A DNA stretch of 64,000 bases from NCBI GenBank assembly GCA_016777325.1, contig JADHRQ010000003.1, forward strand, positions 20,354 to 84,353, in the 5' to 3' direction. Positions 10,519-23,204 of the stretch are shown piece by piece; the stretch's first letter is position 1; every line of letters starts with the position of its first letter. Made by a program: the position numbers and the translations under genes. The stretch comes from Flavobacteriales bacterium (GTDB lineage Bacteria > Bacteroidota > Bacteroidia > Flavobacteriales > Flavobacteriaceae). The notes under the pieces were generated by a model, which worked only from the letters and a program-made list of their open reading frames with translations, searched no databases and had not been told where the DNA came from.

Positions 10519-10734
10519 TTACATTCTAAATGTTATTCTTGCTTTTGATAAATCATAGGGACTCATTTCTAATTTTACTTTATCCCCAGGTAATAGTTTT
10601 ATATAATGAAGTCTCATCTTACCAGATATATGAGCAGTAACAACATGTCCATTATCTAATTCAACTCTAAACATAGCATTTGAGAGTGCTTCAATAATTT
10701 TACCTTCTTGCTCTATTGATTTCTGCTTTGCCAT
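10519..10734 (-). CDS. infA: Translation initiation factor IF-1
   Basis: 71 aa S1-like fold; [32 protein letters not shown]. Confidence 0.97.
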   Translation of the reverse strand: MAKQKSIEQEGKIIEALSNAMFRVELDNGHVVTAHISGKMRLHYIKLLPGDKVKLEMSPYDLSKARITFRM

Positions 10735-12087
10735 TTATATTGTTGGTTTACTTCTCATTGAACCTGACTTCATTAGACCATCATAATGATTATTAAGTAA
10801 ATATGCATTTACTTGTTGTATTGTATCTATTGCTACACCTACCATAATTAAAAGCGAGGTACCTCCAAAAAAGAGAGCCCAACCTTGTTGCATTCCAATT
10901 AATTGAACAACTATAGCAGGGAAAACTGCAATTACCGCAAGGTATAACGAACCAGGAAAAGTTATTTGCGACATAACTGAATCAAGGTATTCTGATGTTT
11001 CATTACCAGGTCTTATTCCTGGAACAAAACCACCACTTCGTTTTAAATCATCTGACATCTTATTTGTTGGAACAGTTATTGCCGTGTAAAAGAAAGTAAA
11101 TATTACAACTAACAGTCCAAATAAAATATTATACCATAATCCAAAAATATCACTAAAGCTTGCTTGAAGCCATTGGCCAATTGAAGATGTACCAAATACA
11201 CTTCCAATAGTTGCAGGCGCAAACATTAATGCTTGAGCAAAAATTATCGGCATAACACCTGATGCATTAAGCTTAAGTGGTATATACTGACGTTTAGACA
11301 TTCCCGGTGATTGAGATCCTGGTACAGAATTTCTTCTAGCATACTGAACAGGAATCTGTCTAACAGCCATAACCAATAATATACTTAGTAAAATAATTAC
11401 AAGCCATACAGCTAATTCTATAACAACCATTATTAAACCTCCGTTACTTTCAGATATTCTTGAAATTAAATTCTGTGTAAATGAAAGAGGTAGTGTAGCG
11501 ACTATTCCTACAGTTATAAGAAGAGATATTCCATTTCCGATACCTCTATCCGTAATTTTTTCACCAAGCCACATTGCAAAAATACATCCTGTTACAAGAA
11601 TTATAATTGAAGTAAAAATAAACATTGGAGTTCTTCCAAAGATAAAAGCGCTATCAGGAACACCTAGAGCACTTAGACCATAAAGATATGCAGGAGCCTG
11701 AATTGTACAAATAAAAATAGTCAACCATCTAGTAATTTGGGTAATTTTTTTTCTACCACTTTCTCCTTCCTTTTGTAATTTTTGAAGATACGGAAGAGCA
11801 ACTCCCATAAGCTGAACAACAATAGAAGCTGATATATAAGGCATAATACCTAAAGCAAAAATAGAGGCATTAGCAAATGCTCCACCTGTGAATGCATTAA
11901 GAATACCAAGAAGTCCACCTCCATCAGATCTTGAAGAAAGATCAGAGAGGGCAAGTGAATCAACACCTGGAAGAACAACTTGAGCACCAAGTCTATAGAC
12001 TAACAAAAGTGAAAGAGTAAAAAGAATTCTACCTCTTAACTCTTTAATATTGTAAATATTTTTTATTAAGTCTATTAACTGTTTCAT
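10735..12087 (-). CDS. secY: Preprotein translocase subunit SecY
   Basis: 450 aa, 10-TM profile, at the end of the spc operon after rplO. Its stop abuts the infA start. Confidence 0.96.
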   Translation of the reverse strand: MKQLIDLIKNIYNIKELRGRILFTLSLLLVYRLGAQVVLPGVDSLALSDLSSRSDGGGLLGILNAFTGGAFANASIFALGIMPYISASIVVQLMGVALPYLQKLQKEGESGRKKITQITRWLTIFICTIQAPAYLYGLSALGVPDSAFIFGRTPMFIFTSIIILVTGCIFAMWLGEKITDRGIGNGISLLITVGIVATLPLSFTQNLISRISESNGGLIMVVIELAVWLVIILLSILLVMAVRQIPVQYARRNSVPGSQSPGMSKRQYIPLKLNASGVMPIIFAQALMFAPATIGSVFGTSSIGQWLQASFSDIFGLWYNILFGLLVVIFTFFYTAITVPTNKMSDDLKRSGGFVPGIRPGNETSEYLDSVMSQITFPGSLYLAVIAVFPAIVVQLIGMQQGWALFFGGTSLLIMVGVAIDTIQQVNAYLLNNHYDGLMKSGSMRSKPTI

Positions 12088-12089
12088 TA

Positions 12090-12542
12090 TTATATCTTCG
12101 TAACTTTACCACCAGCTTTTTCAATTAGTTTTTCTGCAGTAGCAGAAAACTTATTAGCTGTTATATTAACTGGAACATCTAATTTACCTCGACCTAAAAC
12201 CTTAACTAGTTTTCCCTTTTTAACAAGTCTCAACTCAATCATTTTTTCAATATTTAGATCTTTCTTTATCTTTTTATCGTCAACAAGAGTCTGTATATCA
12301 TCGATATTAATAGTATTGTAATCAATTCTATTAATATTTTTAAAACCAAATTTTGGTATCCTTCTTTGAAGAGGCATTTGACCACCTTCAAAACCAATTT
12401 TTCTTGAATAACCAGATCTAGACTGAGCACCATTATGCCCTCGACCTGAGGTTTTTCCTTTACCTGAACCCTGACCTCTACCAACTCTTTTACCACTGGT
12501 TTTATTTGATCCTTTAGCAGGTTTTAAATTATTTAAACTCAT
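12090..12542 (-). CDS. rplO: 50S ribosomal protein L15
   Basis: 150 aa. Gly/Arg-rich N-terminus [21 protein letters not shown]. Confidence 0.96.
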   Translation of the reverse strand: MSLNNLKPAKGSNKTSGKRVGRGQGSGKGKTSGRGHNGAQSRSGYSRKIGFEGGQMPLQRRIPKFGFKNINRIDYNTINIDDIQTLVDDKKIKKDLNIEKMIELRLVKKGKLVKVLGRGKLDVPVNITANKFSATAEKLIEKAGGKVTKI

Positions 12543-12547
12543 AATTA

Positions 12548-12733
12548 TTATTTTATAGAATTAACTTCAACAAGATGACTAACTTTGGCAACCATTCCTT
12601 TGATTGAGGCAGTAAGCTCATGTTCAACTTCCATTCCAATTTTTCTTAAACCAAGAGCTTCTAGAGTTCTTTTTTGAGACTCAATTCTTTTGATTGTACT
12701 TCTTATCTGTTTTATTCTTATTTTTTTGCTCAT
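12548..12733 (-). CDS. rpmD: 50S ribosomal protein L30
   Basis: 61 aa, [12 protein letters not shown]...[10 protein letters not shown]. It overlaps the rpsE stop by 4 nt (ATGA). Confidence 0.95.
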   Translation of the reverse strand: MSKKIRIKQIRSTIKRIESQKRTLEALGLRKIGMEVEHELTASIKGMVAKVSHLVEVNSIK

Positions 12734-13254
12734 CCTTTAAAAACTTTATCTAAAGATATTCCTCTTTGTCTTGAAATTGTTAACGGGCTTCTTAAATTTA
12801 ATAATGCATCAAAAGTAGCTTTAACTACGTTGTGAGGATTTGAAGATCCTTGAGACTTAGAAAGTACATTTTGAATTCCAACAGACTCTAATACTGTTCT
12901 AACTGCACCCCCTGCAATAACACCAGTACCAGGAGCAGCAGGTTTCATAAACACTTTTGATCCACCAAATTTACCTTTTTGTTCGTGAGGCAGGGTACCA
13001 TTTTCAATTGGTATTCTTACTAAATTTTTCTTTGCGTCTTCAACAGCTTTTTGAATAGCAGTAGTAACTTCTTTAGCCTTTCCTAGACCATGACCTACTA
13101 CACCATTTTCATCTCCAACAATAACAATGGCTGAGAAACCAAAAGCTCTACCCCCTTTAGTTACCTTGGTAACTCTTTGAATACCAACAAGCTTATCTTT
13201 AAGGTCTAAACCAACTGGCTTAACAAGTTCAATATTTTTATAATTTTTATACAT
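12730..13254 (-). CDS. rpsE: 30S ribosomal protein S5
   Basis: 174 aa; [36 protein letters not shown]. Confidence 0.97.
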   Translation of the reverse strand: MYKNYKNIELVKPVGLDLKDKLVGIQRVTKVTKGGRAFGFSAIVIVGDENGVVGHGLGKAKEVTTAIQKAVEDAKKNLVRIPIENGTLPHEQKGKFGGSKVFMKPAAPGTGVIAGGAVRTVLESVGIQNVLSKSQGSSNPHNVVKATFDALLNLRSPLTISRQRGISLDKVFKG

Positions 13255-13256
13255 AT

Positions 13257-13616
13257 TTAAAATTTAAGTCCGCCTTCTCGTGCACCTTCTGCTAAGGATT
13301 TTACTCTTCCATGATAAAGATATCCACCTCTATCAAATTTTATTTTTTCAATACCTTTTTTAATAGACTTTTCAGCAACTAATTTTCCAACATTAAATGA
13401 AATTTCAATATTAGTCTTTAATTTAAGATCTAAAATAGCCTTGTCTCTTGAAGATGTTTGAAGAAGAGTTTTTCCATTGACATCATCAATTACTTGACAA
13501 TATATTTCTTTGTTACTTCTAAAAACTGAAAGTCTAGGATAATCTGGAGTACCAGAAATGACCTTCTTTATTCTTTGTCTAATTCTATTTCTTCTAAAAG
13601 TTTTAGTATTTGTCAT
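13257..13616 (-). CDS. rplR: 50S ribosomal protein L18
   Basis: 119 aa; C-terminus [26 protein letters not shown]. Confidence 0.97.
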   Translation of the reverse strand: MTNTKTFRRNRIRQRIKKVISGTPDYPRLSVFRSNKEIYCQVIDDVNGKTLLQTSSRDKAILDLKLKTNIEISFNVGKLVAEKSIKKGIEKIKFDRGGYLYHGRVKSLAEGAREGGLKF

Positions 13617-13617
13617 A

Positions 13618-14160
13618 TTATGCTGATTTACCTGCTTTTCTTCTTATTTGTTCACCAACAAATTTAATTCCTTTTCCTTTATATGGCTCAGGGCGTCTAA
13701 AAGATCTTATTTTAGCTGCTACATGTCCCACTAGTTGCTTATCTGGAGATGATAATTTAATTATAGGATTTTTACCTTTTTCATTGATAGTTTCAACCTT
13801 CACCTCAGGTGCTATATTCATAACTATTGTATGAGAAAATCCTAAAGATAAATCTAATTTTTGACCAGAAGCATTAGCTCTATAACCAACACCTACTAAT
13901 TCTAATTCAAGAGTAAATCCATCAGAAACACCTGTTACCATATTAAAAACAAGAGATCTATATAATCCATGTTTAGATTTATGATCTTTTGATTCAGAAT
14001 TTCTCTTTACTGTGATAGTATTGTCAGAGATGTTAAAACTTACTCCATCAAAGTTTTGATTCATCTCACCATTTTTACCTTTTACAGTAATTACATCACC
14101 ATTTACGCTAACTGAAACGCCATCTGGGATACTTATCGGATTGTTTCCTATTCTTGACAT
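13618..14160 (-). CDS. rplF: 50S ribosomal protein L6
   Basis: [18 protein letters not shown]-terminus, 180 aa, [11 protein letters not shown] near the C-terminus. Confidence 0.97.
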   Translation of the reverse strand: MSRIGNNPISIPDGVSVSVNGDVITVKGKNGEMNQNFDGVSFNISDNTITVKRNSESKDHKSKHGLYRSLVFNMVTGVSDGFTLELELVGVGYRANASGQKLDLSLGFSHTIVMNIAPEVKVETINEKGKNPIIKLSSPDKQLVGHVAAKIRSFRRPEPYKGKGIKFVGEQIRRKAGKSA

Positions 14161-14169
14161 AATTATTTT

Positions 14170-14571
14170 TTAATAAACATAACAAATTAATTCACCACCA
14201 ATATTTTGACTAGCAGCTTGTTTTCCTGTCATTACACCTTTTGAGGTAGATACAATTGAAATACCTAAACCATTTAAAACTCGAGGAAATTCTTGAGAAT
14301 TAGAATATTTTCTAAGACCAGGTTTACTTATTCGTTGAATCTCTTTGATGATAGGTTGTTTAGAAACTGTATCATATTTCAAAGCTATCTTAATATTACC
14401 TTGATTGTTATCAGTTTCTTCAAATTTATAGCTTAGAATATAGCCTTGATCAAAAAGGATTTTAGTTATATCTTTCTTAATATTTGAAGAAGGAATATCT
14501 ACAACTCTATGACCAGCCATGCTAGCATTTCTTACTCTAGTTAAATAATCTGCAATAGTATCTGTATACAT
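14170..14571 (-). CDS. rpsH: 30S ribosomal protein S8
   Basis: DTIADYLTRVRNA N-terminus, 133 aa. Confidence 0.97.
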   Translation of the reverse strand: MYTDTIADYLTRVRNASMAGHRVVDIPSSNIKKDITKILFDQGYILSYKFEETDNNQGNIKIALKYDTVSKQPIIKEIQRISKPGLRKYSNSQEFPRVLNGLGISIVSTSKGVMTGKQAASQNIGGELICYVY

Positions 14572-14581
14572 AATCTTTAAT

Positions 14582-14851
14582 TTACCAACTTGCTTTTGTT
14601 ACACCTGGGATTAAACCTTTATTTGCCATTTCTCTAAACATTACTCTAGATAGACCAAATTGTCTAATGTAACCTTTAGGTCTACCTGTAAGCTTACATC
14701 TATTATGAAGTCTAACTGGAGAAGCATTTTTTGGGAGTTTTTGAAGACCAATATAGTCATTAGCATCTTTCAAAGACTTTCTTTTAGCTGCATACTTTGC
14801 AACTATACGTTGTCTTTTTCTTTCCCTAGCTTTCATTGATTCTTTTGCCAT
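14582..14851 (-). CDS. rpsN: 30S ribosomal protein S14 (long, non-zinc form)
   Basis: 89 aa; [24 protein letters not shown] and C-terminal KASW. It lies between rplE and rpsH. Confidence 0.96.
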   Translation of the reverse strand: MAKESMKARERKRQRIVAKYAAKRKSLKDANDYIGLQKLPKNASPVRLHNRCKLTGRPKGYIRQFGLSRVMFREMANKGLIPGVTKASW

Positions 14852-14852
14852 A

Positions 14853-15404
14853 TTATTGTTTTTTAAAAGGTAATCCTAGATCTGTTAATAATTGTTTTGC
14901 CTCTTTATCAGAGTTTGTATTTGTTACAAATGTTATATCCATCCCAGAAATCTTATTCACTTTATCAATATTAATTTCAGGAAATATAATTTGTTCTTTT
15001 ATTCCAAGGTTATAGTTACCTCTTCCATCAAAGCCATCCGCTTTTATACCTTGGAAGTCTCTAACCCTAGGTAATGCAATTGTAATAAGTCTATCAAGAA
15101 ACTCATACATTCTATCTCCTCTCAAAGTAACTTTTGCACCGATAGGTGTGCCTTTTCTCAGCTTAAAAGAAGCAACATCCTTTTTTGATAATGTAGCTAT
15201 AGCCTTTTGACCTGAAATTAGAGTTAGTTCTTCAACTGCATGATCAACAAGCTTTTTATCACTCACAGCAGCTCCAACACCTCTTGAAATAACAATTTTA
15301 TCTAATGTAGGAACCTGCATTATATTTGCTAAACCAAGCTTGTCTTTAAGCTCATTAGCAATCTTACTTGAATAATCTTCTTTTAATCTTGGTATATTAG
15401 ACAT
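14853..15404 (-). CDS. rplE: 50S ribosomal protein L5
   Basis: 183 aa; [19 protein letters not shown] motif. Confidence 0.97.
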   Translation of the reverse strand: MSNIPRLKEDYSSKIANELKDKLGLANIMQVPTLDKIVISRGVGAAVSDKKLVDHAVEELTLISGQKAIATLSKKDVASFKLRKGTPIGAKVTLRGDRMYEFLDRLITIALPRVRDFQGIKADGFDGRGNYNLGIKEQIIFPEINIDKVNKISGMDITFVTNTNSDKEAKQLLTDLGLPFKKQ

Positions 15405-15406
15405 AA

Positions 15407-15718
15407 TTAAATAATTTCTTTAGATTTTGTAGATATACGTACTTTTTTACCATCTTCATTTTTATATCCAATCCTTGTTTTCTCTCCTTCTTTTGTCATT
15501 AATGATATATTAGAAATATTAATTGGGAGTTGTTTTTCAATTATTCCACCTTTTGGATTTTCAGAATTAGGTTTTGTATGTCTTTTAACAGTATTCACAC
15601 CTTCAACTAATGCTTTATTTGAATTGTATAATACTTTAAGAACAGTACCCTTTGTTCCCTTGTACTCACCAGTAATAACCATTACTTGATCTCCTTTTTT
15701 AATTTTTATCTTATTCAT
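15407..15718 (-). CDS. rplX: 50S ribosomal protein L24
   Basis: KOW motif [25 protein letters not shown] start at Met13 of the track ORF (ATG 15718). The upstream 12 codons overlap rplN and are not L24-like. Confidence 0.95.
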   Translation of the reverse strand: MNKIKIKKGDQVMVITGEYKGTKGTVLKVLYNSNKALVEGVNTVKRHTKPNSENPKGGIIEKQLPINISNISLMTKEGEKTRIGYKNEDGKKVRISTKSKEII

Positions 15719-15725
15719 ATCTCTA

Positions 15726-16094
15726 TTATAAAACTTCAGGCGCAAGAGAAACAATCTTCATAAACTGTTTTTCTCTTAATTCTCTAGCTACTGGACCAAA
15801 AACCCTTGTACCTCTCATTTCTCCAGTTTGAGCAAGTAATACACATGCATTCTCATCAAATCTGATATATGATCCATCATTTCTTCTAACTTCTTTTTTT
15901 GTTCTCACAACTACAGCTATAGAAACTTGACCTTTCTTAACTGTTCCATTAGGTGTTGCATCCTTAACAGTAACAACAATTTTGTCACCAATTCTAGCAT
16001 ACCTTCTTTTAGTTCCACCCAATACACGTATTGTAAGAACTTCTTTTGCTCCAGTATTATCTGCTACTTTAAGTCTTGATTCTTGTTGTACCAT
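15726..16094 (-). CDS. rplN: 50S ribosomal protein L14
   Basis: [19 protein letters not shown]-terminus, 122 aa. Confidence 0.98.
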   Translation of the reverse strand: MVQQESRLKVADNTGAKEVLTIRVLGGTKRRYARIGDKIVVTVKDATPNGTVKKGQVSIAVVVRTKKEVRRNDGSYIRFDENACVLLAQTGEMRGTRVFGPVARELREKQFMKIVSLAPEVL

Positions 16095-16095
16095 T

Positions 16096-16353
16096 TTATT
16101 TTGCTCTTTCTATTATTTCTACAATTCTCCACTTTTTTGTTTTGCTCATCGGTCTAGTCTCCATTATTCTTACAGTATCTCCTTCATTACAGTCATTCTT
16201 CTCGTCATGAGCAACATATTTTTTTGTCTTTAAAACAAATTTACCGTAAACGGGATGTTTCACCTTTTTAACCTCTGCTACTACAACAGACTTTTCCATT
16301 TTATCAGAGGATACGATCCCTATTCTCTCTTTTCTTAGACTTCTAGTTGACAT
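16096..16353 (-). CDS. rpsQ: 30S ribosomal protein S17
   Basis: 85 aa; [38 protein letters not shown]. Confidence 0.97.
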   Translation of the reverse strand: MSTRSLRKERIGIVSSDKMEKSVVVAEVKKVKHPVYGKFVLKTKKYVAHDEKNDCNEGDTVRIMETRPMSKTKKWRIVEIIERAK

Positions 16354-16545
16354 TTAATCTTGTTTTTTTTCGTTTAAAACTGTTTTTAGCTTAGCAAGCT
16401 GTCTTCTTAAAATTTTAATTTCAAGAGGATTTTCTATTGTTTGAACTGTGTTATTAAATTTTAACTGTGATAGCTTCTTTGAAGTATCAGTTAATTTTTC
16501 ATTTAACTCATCGGTTGACATATTTCTTATTTCACTAATTTTCAT
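16354..16545 (-). CDS. rpmC: 50S ribosomal protein L29
   Basis: [18 protein letters not shown] matches the L29 N-terminus, so I start at Met9 of the track ORF (ATG 16545). This gives an 11-nt overlap with the rplP end. Confidence 0.9.
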   Translation of the reverse strand: MKISEIRNMSTDELNEKLTDTSKKLSQLKFNNTVQTIENPLEIKILRRQLAKLKTVLNEKKQD

Positions 16546-16966
16546 AATATTCTTTAAAATCTCTTGCAATTATAAACTTTGTTGTTACTGGTAATTTTTG
16601 AGCAGCTAACCTAAGAGCTTCTTTTGCAACAGCAACAGGCACACCTGATACTTCAAAAAGAACTCTACCTGGTTTTACAACTGCAACAAAATACTCAGGA
16701 GCACCTTTTCCTTTACCCATTCTAACCTCAAGAGGTTTTTTTGTGATTGGTTTATCTGGAAATATTTTAATCCAAAGCTGACCTTCTCTTTTCATATATC
16801 TAGTAGCAGCAATCCTAGCAGCCTCTATTTGCCTAGAAGTAATAAACTTAGATTCTAAAGATTTTATTCCAAACATACCATTAGAAAGTCTATGACCTCT
16901 TTGAGATAAACCTTTCATTTTACCTTTCTGTGCTTTTCTAAATTTGGTTCTTTTAGGTTGTAACAT
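16535..16966 (-). CDS. rplP: 50S ribosomal protein L16
   Basis: [20 protein letters not shown]-terminus, 143 aa. Confidence 0.98.
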   Translation of the reverse strand: MLQPKRTKFRKAQKGKMKGLSQRGHRLSNGMFGIKSLESKFITSRQIEAARIAATRYMKREGQLWIKIFPDKPITKKPLEVRMGKGKGAPEYFVAVVKPGRVLFEVSGVPVAVAKEALRLAAQKLPVTTKFIIARDFKEYYEN

Positions 16967-16972
16967 ATCTAA

Positions 16973-17683
16973 TTAATTTTTTCTATCTCTTTGTCTATTA
17001 TTCTTTTTTGAATTATTAGATGATTTTTTCATACCTGTTAAAGGAGATAATTCTCTTTTACCATAAACCTCACCTTTCATAATCCAAACTTTAATCCCAA
17101 GTTTACCATAAGTTGTATTAGCCTCAACAATAGCATAGTCAATATCAGCTCTGAATGTTGAAAGAGGTATTCTTCCATCCTTGTAAGATTCAGATCTAGC
17201 CATTTCAGCGCCATTCAACCTACCTGAGATTTGAATTTTAATTCCTTCTGCATTCATTCTCATTGATGCAGCAATAGCCATTTTGATAGCTCTTCTGAAA
17301 GATATTCTATTTTCAATTTGTCTTGCGATACTATTTCCAACAAGGAACGCATCTAATTCTGGACGTTTAATTTCAAATATATTAAGCTGAATATCTTTAG
17401 CTGTAATTTTTTTAAGTTCTTCTTTTAATTTATCAACTTCTGATCCTGCTTTACCAATAATTATACCTGGTCTTGCAGTAGTTACAGTTATAATAATTAA
17501 TTTAGAAGTCCTTTCAATTATAATACTAGAGACACTAGCACGAGAAAGTCTTGCATAAATATATTTTCTGATCTTATCATCCTCTGCAATTTTATCACCA
17601 TAATCTCTACCACCCCACCAGTTAGAATCCCAGCCTCTAATAATTCCTAATCTATTTCCTATTGGATTTGTCTTTTGTCCCAT
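16973..17683 (-). CDS. rpsC: 30S ribosomal protein S3
   Basis: [23 protein letters not shown]-terminus, KH domain, 236 aa with a basic tail. Confidence 0.98.
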   Translation of the reverse strand: MGQKTNPIGNRLGIIRGWDSNWWGGRDYGDKIAEDDKIRKYIYARLSRASVSSIIIERTSKLIIITVTTARPGIIIGKAGSEVDKLKEELKKITAKDIQLNIFEIKRPELDAFLVGNSIARQIENRISFRRAIKMAIAASMRMNAEGIKIQISGRLNGAEMARSESYKDGRIPLSTFRADIDYAIVEANTTYGKLGIKVWIMKGEVYGKRELSPLTGMKKSSNNSKKNNRQRDRKN

Positions 17684-18085
17684 TTAATTAATTGTTTTTG
17701 ATGAAAGTACTAATGTTACATGATTAGATCTCTTTCTAATTCTATGAGCTCTACCTTGAGGAGCCGTTCTTATTCTTTTAAGCATACTACCGCCATCCAC
17801 TCTAATTTCTTTGACAAATAGTTGAGCTGCATCTATGTTTGAATCTTCATTCTTAGACTGCCAGTTTGAAATAGCTGAAACTAAAAGTTTTTCTAGTCTT
17901 CTTGAAGCCTCTTTAGGACTGAACTTAAGTATAGATAATGCATTTGATATATCCTCACCCCTAATCTGATCAGCTACAAGACGCATTTTCCTTGGAGAAG
18001 TTGGACAATTATTAAGTTTAGCAAAAACTATATCTTTTTTTGCTTCTTTAATTTTATCAGCGCTATTTCTTTTTCTTGATCCCAT
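17684..18085 (-). CDS. rplV: 50S ribosomal protein L22
   Basis: 133 aa; [14 protein letters not shown] and [18 protein letters not shown]. Confidence 0.96.
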   Translation of the reverse strand: MGSRKRNSADKIKEAKKDIVFAKLNNCPTSPRKMRLVADQIRGEDISNALSILKFSPKEASRRLEKLLVSAISNWQSKNEDSNIDAAQLFVKEIRVDGGSMLKRIRTAPQGRAHRIRKRSNHVTLVLSSKTIN

Positions 18086-18104
18086 TTAATTAATCAATAT
18101 TAAT

Positions 18105-18371
18105 TTATCTTTTATTTCCTGTATGACCTCTAAATGATCTAGTTGGAGAAAACTCTCCTAATTTATGTCCTACCATGTTTTCTGTTACATAAACTGGAAT
18201 GAACTGTTTCCCATTGTGAACTGCAATTGTTTGACCAACAAAATCAGGAATAATCATAGAAGATCTAGACCATGTTTTAATAACAGATTTCTTATTATCT
18301 TCAATATTTTTATTTACCTTTTTTAGAAGGCTTAGATGAACATATGGTCCTTTTTTTAATGATCTTGACAT
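18105..18371 (-). CDS. rpsS: 30S ribosomal protein S19
   Basis: [12 protein letters not shown]-terminus, [16 protein letters not shown], 88 aa. Confidence 0.98.
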   Translation of the reverse strand: MSRSLKKGPYVHLSLLKKVNKNIEDNKKSVIKTWSRSSMIIPDFVGQTIAVHNGKQFIPVYVTENMVGHKLGEFSPTRSFRGHTGNKR

Positions 18372-18377
18372 ACTATA

Positions 18378-19202
18378 TTATTTTTTTCTTCTTTCAATTA
18401 TAAACTTAGAAGATGATTTCTTTTTTGATCTTGTTCTGAAACCTTTAGCTGGTATTCCTTTTTTAGATCTAGGATGACCACCTGAAGCTTTACCTTCTCC
18501 ACCACCCATCGGATGATCAACAGGGTTCATTGCTACCGGTCTAGTTCTGGGTCTTCTACCTAACCATCTTTTTCTTCCTGCTTTTCCAGATGAGGTAAGT
18601 TGATTATCAGAGTTTGAAACTGCGCCAACAGTAGCATAACAAGTATTAAGAATCATTCTTGTTTCACCTGAAGGCAGCTTGACATTACAATACTTCCCAT
18701 CTTTAGCCATAAGTTGTGCAAAAGAACCAGCACTTCTTGAGATACTAGCACCTTTACCTGGATTTAACTCAATACATGAAATAATTGTACCTAATGGAAT
18801 GTTAACAATTGGCATAGCGTTTCCAATCTCAGGAGAAGCAGATTCTCCAGAAATAATACTTTGCCCAATTTTTAGTCCATTTTGTGCTATTATATATCTC
18901 TTTTCTCCATCTTTATACTCTAAAAGAGAAATAAATGCAGATCTATTAGGGTCATATTCTATTGATTTAACTTCAGCAATAACATCAAATTTATCTCTTT
19001 TAAAATCTATTAATCTATATCTTTTTTTATGACCACCTCCTCTGTACTTACTAGTCATTTTACCATTATTATTTCTTCCACCAGTTCTTTTCTTGGTAGT
19101 AAGTAATGACTTTTCAGGTTTATCTGTTGTAATAGCATCAAATCCATTAACAACTCTAAATCTCTGTGACGGTGTAACTGGTTTTAATTTTCTTACTGGC
19201 AT
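18378..19202 (-). CDS. rplB: 50S ribosomal protein L2
   Basis: 274 aa; [21 protein letters not shown] motif. Confidence 0.98.
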   Translation of the reverse strand: MPVRKLKPVTPSQRFRVVNGFDAITTDKPEKSLLTTKKRTGGRNNNGKMTSKYRGGGHKKRYRLIDFKRDKFDVIAEVKSIEYDPNRSAFISLLEYKDGEKRYIIAQNGLKIGQSIISGESASPEIGNAMPIVNIPLGTIISCIELNPGKGASISRSAGSFAQLMAKDGKYCNVKLPSGETRMILNTCYATVGAVSNSDNQLTSSGKAGRKRWLGRRPRTRPVAMNPVDHPMGGGEGKASGGHPRSKKGIPAKGFRTRSKKKSSSKFIIERRKK

Positions 19203-19204
19203 AA

Positions 19205-19495
19205 TTATAGATTTGCAAAGAAGTCAATTCTGTCTCCTTCTGAAATTTTAACAATAGCTTTTTTGTATGCTCCTTTTTTACTTATTTGAACACCTTTTTT
19301 AGTGAATCTTGTTTTTGATTCAGATCCATAAATCATAGTTCTAACTTTAACAACTGAAACCCCATATGAAGATTCAACAGCTTTTTTTATTTCAACCTTG
19401 TTTGCAGATTTAGAAACAATAAAGGTGTATGAATTTCTTAATTCACTTTCATTAGTTGCCTTTTCAGTTAATATTGGTTTTATAAGTATGTCCAT
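19205..19495 (-). CDS. rplW: 50S ribosomal protein L23
   Basis: 96 aa, [13 protein letters not shown]-terminus, between rplD and rplB. Confidence 0.96.
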   Translation of the reverse strand: MDILIKPILTEKATNESELRNSYTFIVSKSANKVEIKKAVESSYGVSVVKVRTMIYGSESKTRFTKKGVQISKKGAYKKAIVKISEGDRIDFFANL

Positions 19496-19503
19496 AATCT
19501 ATT

Positions 19504-20130
19504 TTATTTCAAGGTTGATTCGATTCCTTCAACCGCACTTTCTAAAATTAAAATATTGTTAGCATCCGTTATTTCATAAGTGTTTAACTCTGAGTTTATT
19601 ACAACTTTTGAGTTTTTAAAATTTCGTGACGACAAATATATATTTTTATTTATATCACTTGTTACTAGTAAAGTCTTTTTTGTTTCAAGTCCAAAAGCCT
19701 TTATAATATTTATATAATCTGATGTTTTTGGGTTTGATAAATTAAAATCTTCAAGAATTAAAATTTCTTTATTTTTTGCTTTGTATGCAAGAGCAGATTT
19801 TCTAGCTAATTTTTTAACTTTTTTATTAACCTTTTGATCATAAGAACGTGGTCTAGGACCAAAAATCCTACCACCACCTCTAAATAATGGGTTTTTAATA
19901 CTTCCCGCTCTAGCCGTACCTGTTCCTTTCTGCTTCTTAATCTTTCTTGTACTACCTGCAATCTCACCTCTTTCTTTTGATTTATGAAGACCTTTTCTAT
20001 TATTAGCAAGATATTGCTTAACATCAAGATAAATAGCGTGATCGTTAGGCTCAATACCAAATATTAGTTTATCTAACTTGACTTTTTTATCAGTCTCTTT
20101 ACCTTTTATATTATGTACTTTAAGCTCCAT
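19504..20130 (-). CDS. rplD: 50S ribosomal protein L4
   Basis: 208 aa; KKQKGTGTARAGSIKNPLFRGGGRIFGPRPRSY motif. It shares 1 nt with the rplC stop. Confidence 0.97.
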   Translation of the reverse strand: MELKVHNIKGKETDKKVKLDKLIFGIEPNDHAIYLDVKQYLANNRKGLHKSKERGEIAGSTRKIKKQKGTGTARAGSIKNPLFRGGGRIFGPRPRSYDQKVNKKVKKLARKSALAYKAKNKEILILEDFNLSNPKTSDYINIIKAFGLETKKTLLVTSDINKNIYLSSRNFKNSKVVINSELNTYEITDANNILILESAVEGIESTLK

Positions 20131-20744
20131 TACTTTTGAACAATTATATATGAGTTATTGTGTCCAGGAACACTTCCTTTAACAATTAAAATATTTTCTT
20201 CTGACATTACCTTAACTACCTTAAGGTTTAATACTTTGACTTTTGAATTACCAGTTTGACCTGCCATTCTCATTCCTTTAAAAACTCTTGAAGGACTGGA
20301 ACCAGCACCAATTGAACCAGGAGCTCTTAATCTATTATGTTGACCATGAGTAGAATCACCAACACCTCTAAAGCTATGTCTTTTAACTACACCTTGAAAA
20401 CCCTTACCTTTTGTAATTCCTGAAACATCAACAAATTCACCTTCTAAAAAGTGATCTACTGTAATTTTATCTCCTAATTTAAGATCGCCTTCAAACCCTT
20501 TAAACTCAACTAATTTATTCATCGGATTTGACTTACTTTTTTTGAATTGACCTTCATAGGATTTTGTAGTATTCTTAGATTTCTCGTCAAAACCAAGCTG
20601 AAAAGAAGAATAGCCTTCTTTATCTTCAGTTTTAACCTGAGTTATAGTACATGGACCCGCTTGAAGAATTGTACAAGGAATGTTTTTACCATTCTCATCA
20701 TAAATACTTGTCATTCCAATTTTTTTTCCAATAATACCAGACAT
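20130..20744 (-). CDS. rplC: 50S ribosomal protein L3
   Basis: [16 protein letters not shown]-terminus, [10 protein letters not shown] motif, 204 aa. Confidence 0.97.
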   Translation of the reverse strand: MSGIIGKKIGMTSIYDENGKNIPCTILQAGPCTITQVKTEDKEGYSSFQLGFDEKSKNTTKSYEGQFKKSKSNPMNKLVEFKGFEGDLKLGDKITVDHFLEGEFVDVSGITKGKGFQGVVKRHSFRGVGDSTHGQHNRLRAPGSIGAGSSPSRVFKGMRMAGQTGNSKVKVLNLKVVKVMSEENILIVKGSVPGHNNSYIIVQK

Positions 20745-20749
20745 AATTA

Positions 20750-21055
20750 TTATACTTTAATTTCTACTTCAACTCCACTAGGAAGTTCTAATTTCATAAG
20801 CGCATCAACAGTTTTAGAGGATGAACTGTAAATATCTAAAAGCCTCTTGTAAGAACATAACTTGAATTGTTCTCTTGATTTTTTGTTTACATGAGGAGAT
20901 CTAAGAACAGTGAATATTTTCTTATGAGTTGGTAAAGGTATAGGACCTGTAACTATAGCTCCAGTATTTTTTACAGTTTTGACAATCTTATCAGCTGACT
21001 TATCAACTAGATTGTAATCATAAGATTTTAATTTTATTCTAATTTTTTGACTCAT
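20750..21055 (-). CDS. rpsJ: 30S ribosomal protein S10
   Basis: 101 aa; IRIKLKSYD...GPIPLPT...[17 protein letters not shown]. Confidence 0.98.
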   Translation of the reverse strand: MSQKIRIKLKSYDYNLVDKSADKIVKTVKNTGAIVTGPIPLPTHKKIFTVLRSPHVNKKSREQFKLCSYKRLLDIYSSSSKTVDALMKLELPSGVEVEIKV

Positions 21056-21065
21056 ATCTATATGT

Positions 21066-23195
21066 TTAATCTGTTGTATTTCCTTTTACTTCAGAAATAA
21101 CAGTTTCTGAGATATTTGTAGGGGTTTGATCATAATGAGAAAACTCCATTGTTGATGTAGCTCTTCCAGATGAAAGAGTTCTTAGTGAAGTTACATATCC
21201 AAACATTTCAGATAATGGAACTTCTCCTTTTACAACCTTTGCTCCAGCTCTATCATCCATTGAACTAACTTGACCTCTTCTTCTATTTAAATCTCCCACT
21301 ATATCACCCATGTTTTCTTCAGGAGTAATTACTTCAAATTTCATTATAGGTTCCATAATAACTGCTTTTGCAGCTTTTGCAGCTTTTCTGAAAGCAAGTC
21401 TTGCTGCTAACTCAAAAGATAAAGAATCAGAATCTACAGGATGAAAGGAACCATCTTTCAAGGTAACTTTCATTGAATCCACTTCAAATCCTGCAAGAGG
21501 ACCATTTTTCATTGAATCTTTAAAACCTTTTTCTACAGAAGGAATGTATTCTCTTGGAATATTTCCACCTTTAATAAGATTAACAAATTCAAGACCTGAT
21601 TTTCCTTTTTCTCCTGGTTCAATTGTAAATACTATATCTGCGAATTTACCTCGACCACCTGTTTGTTTTTTATAAGTTTCTCTGTGATCTGCAGATTGAG
21701 TAAGAGATTCTTTATACTCAACTTGAGGTTGACCTTGATTAACTTCAACCTTAAATTCTCTTCTAAGTCTATCTACAAGAATATCAAGATGTAGTTCACC
21801 CATACCAGAAATAACAGTTTGTCCAGATGCTTCATCAGTTTTTACCTGGAAAGTTGGATCTTCTTCAGCTAGTTTTCCAAGAGCCATTCCTAATTTATCA
21901 ATATCAGCTTTAGTTTTTGGCTCAACTGCAACACCAATAACTGGATCAGGAAAGTCCATGCTCTCTAATATTATAGGATCTTTCTCTGAGGATAAAGTGT
22001 CACCTGTTTTAATATCTTTGAAACCAACAGCTGCCCCAATATCTCCAGCCTCAATATAGTCAATAGCATTCTGTTTATTAGAATGCATTTGATAGATTCT
22101 AGAAATTCTCTCTCTATTTTCGGATCTATTATTTAATATGTATGAACCTGCATCAAGTCTACCAGAGTAAACTCTAAAAAATGCTAGTCTTCCAACATAA
22201 GGGTCAGTAGCAATTTTAAATGCAAGAGCAGAAAAAGGTTCAGATGCATTTGGAAGTCTAGAAATTTCTTCGTCAGAATCAGGTTTAGTACCTATAATAG
22301 CTTCTTTGTCAAGAGGTGAAGGTAAATACCTACAAACAGCATCTAATAAAAACTGTACGCCTTTATTTTTAAATGCAGAACCACAAACCATTGGAATAAT
22401 ACTAATATCCTGAGTTGCAGCTCTAAGCGCATTGTGAACTTCATCTTCAGTAATAGAATCAGGATCTTCAAAATACTTCTCTAAAAGGTTTTCGTCATAT
22501 TCAGCCACAGCTTCAATTAATTCACCTCTAAGCTTTTTAGATTCGTCTTTTAAATCATCCGGAATATCAACGATATCAAATGTTGAACCATAGTTTTCGT
22601 CATGCCATACAATAGCTTGATTTTTTACAAGATCCACAATACCTTTAAAATCTTCTTCATCGCCTATATTAAGTACTATTGGAACGGCTTTAGATCCAAG
22701 CTTTTCAATAACTTGTTTACAAACACCTAAAAAGTTGGAACCTTGTCTGTCCATTTTGTTTACAAAACCTATTCTTGGTACTTTATAATTATCAGCTAAT
22801 CTCCAGTTAGTTTCAGATTGAGGTTCTACTCCATCAACAGCAGAAAACAAGAAAACTAGACCATCTAATACTCTTAAGGATCTATTTACCTCTACAGTAA
22901 AATCAACGTGACCAGGAGTATCAATTATATTAAAGTGATAAGCTTTAGTGTCAGCGATAGATTTACCTTGATCAGTTGGAAAATTCCAACTACAAGTTGT
23001 TGCAGCAGATGTAATTGTAATTCCTCTTTCCTGTTCTTGCTCCATCCAATCCATGGTTGCAGCACCATCATGCACCTCACCAATTTTATGACTTACACCA
23101 GTGTAAAATAAAACTCTTTCAGTAGTAGTTGTTTTACCTGCATCAATGTGAGCAGCAATACCAATATTTCTTGTAAATTTTAGATCTCTTGACAT
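21066..23195 (-). CDS. fusA: Elongation factor G
   Basis: 709 aa; G1 [12 protein letters not shown] and G3 DTPGHVDF. It occupies the str-operon position after rpsG. Confidence 0.98.
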   Translation of the reverse strand: MSRDLKFTRNIGIAAHIDAGKTTTTERVLFYTGVSHKIGEVHDGAATMDWMEQEQERGITITSAATTCSWNFPTDQGKSIADTKAYHFNIIDTPGHVDFTVEVNRSLRVLDGLVFLFSAVDGVEPQSETNWRLADNYKVPRIGFVNKMDRQGSNFLGVCKQVIEKLGSKAVPIVLNIGDEEDFKGIVDLVKNQAIVWHDENYGSTFDIVDIPDDLKDESKKLRGELIEAVAEYDENLLEKYFEDPDSITEDEVHNALRAATQDISIIPMVCGSAFKNKGVQFLLDAVCRYLPSPLDKEAIIGTKPDSDEEISRLPNASEPFSALAFKIATDPYVGRLAFFRVYSGRLDAGSYILNNRSENRERISRIYQMHSNKQNAIDYIEAGDIGAAVGFKDIKTGDTLSSEKDPIILESMDFPDPVIGVAVEPKTKADIDKLGMALGKLAEEDPTFQVKTDEASGQTVISGMGELHLDILVDRLRREFKVEVNQGQPQVEYKESLTQSADHRETYKKQTGGRGKFADIVFTIEPGEKGKSGLEFVNLIKGGNIPREYIPSVEKGFKDSMKNGPLAGFEVDSMKVTLKDGSFHPVDSDSLSFELAARLAFRKAAKAAKAVIMEPIMKFEVITPEENMGDIVGDLNRRRGQVSSMDDRAGAKVVKGEVPLSEMFGYVTSLRTLSSGRATSTMEFSHYDQTPTNISETVISEVKGNTTD

Positions 23196-23204
23196 ACAAT
23201 TAAA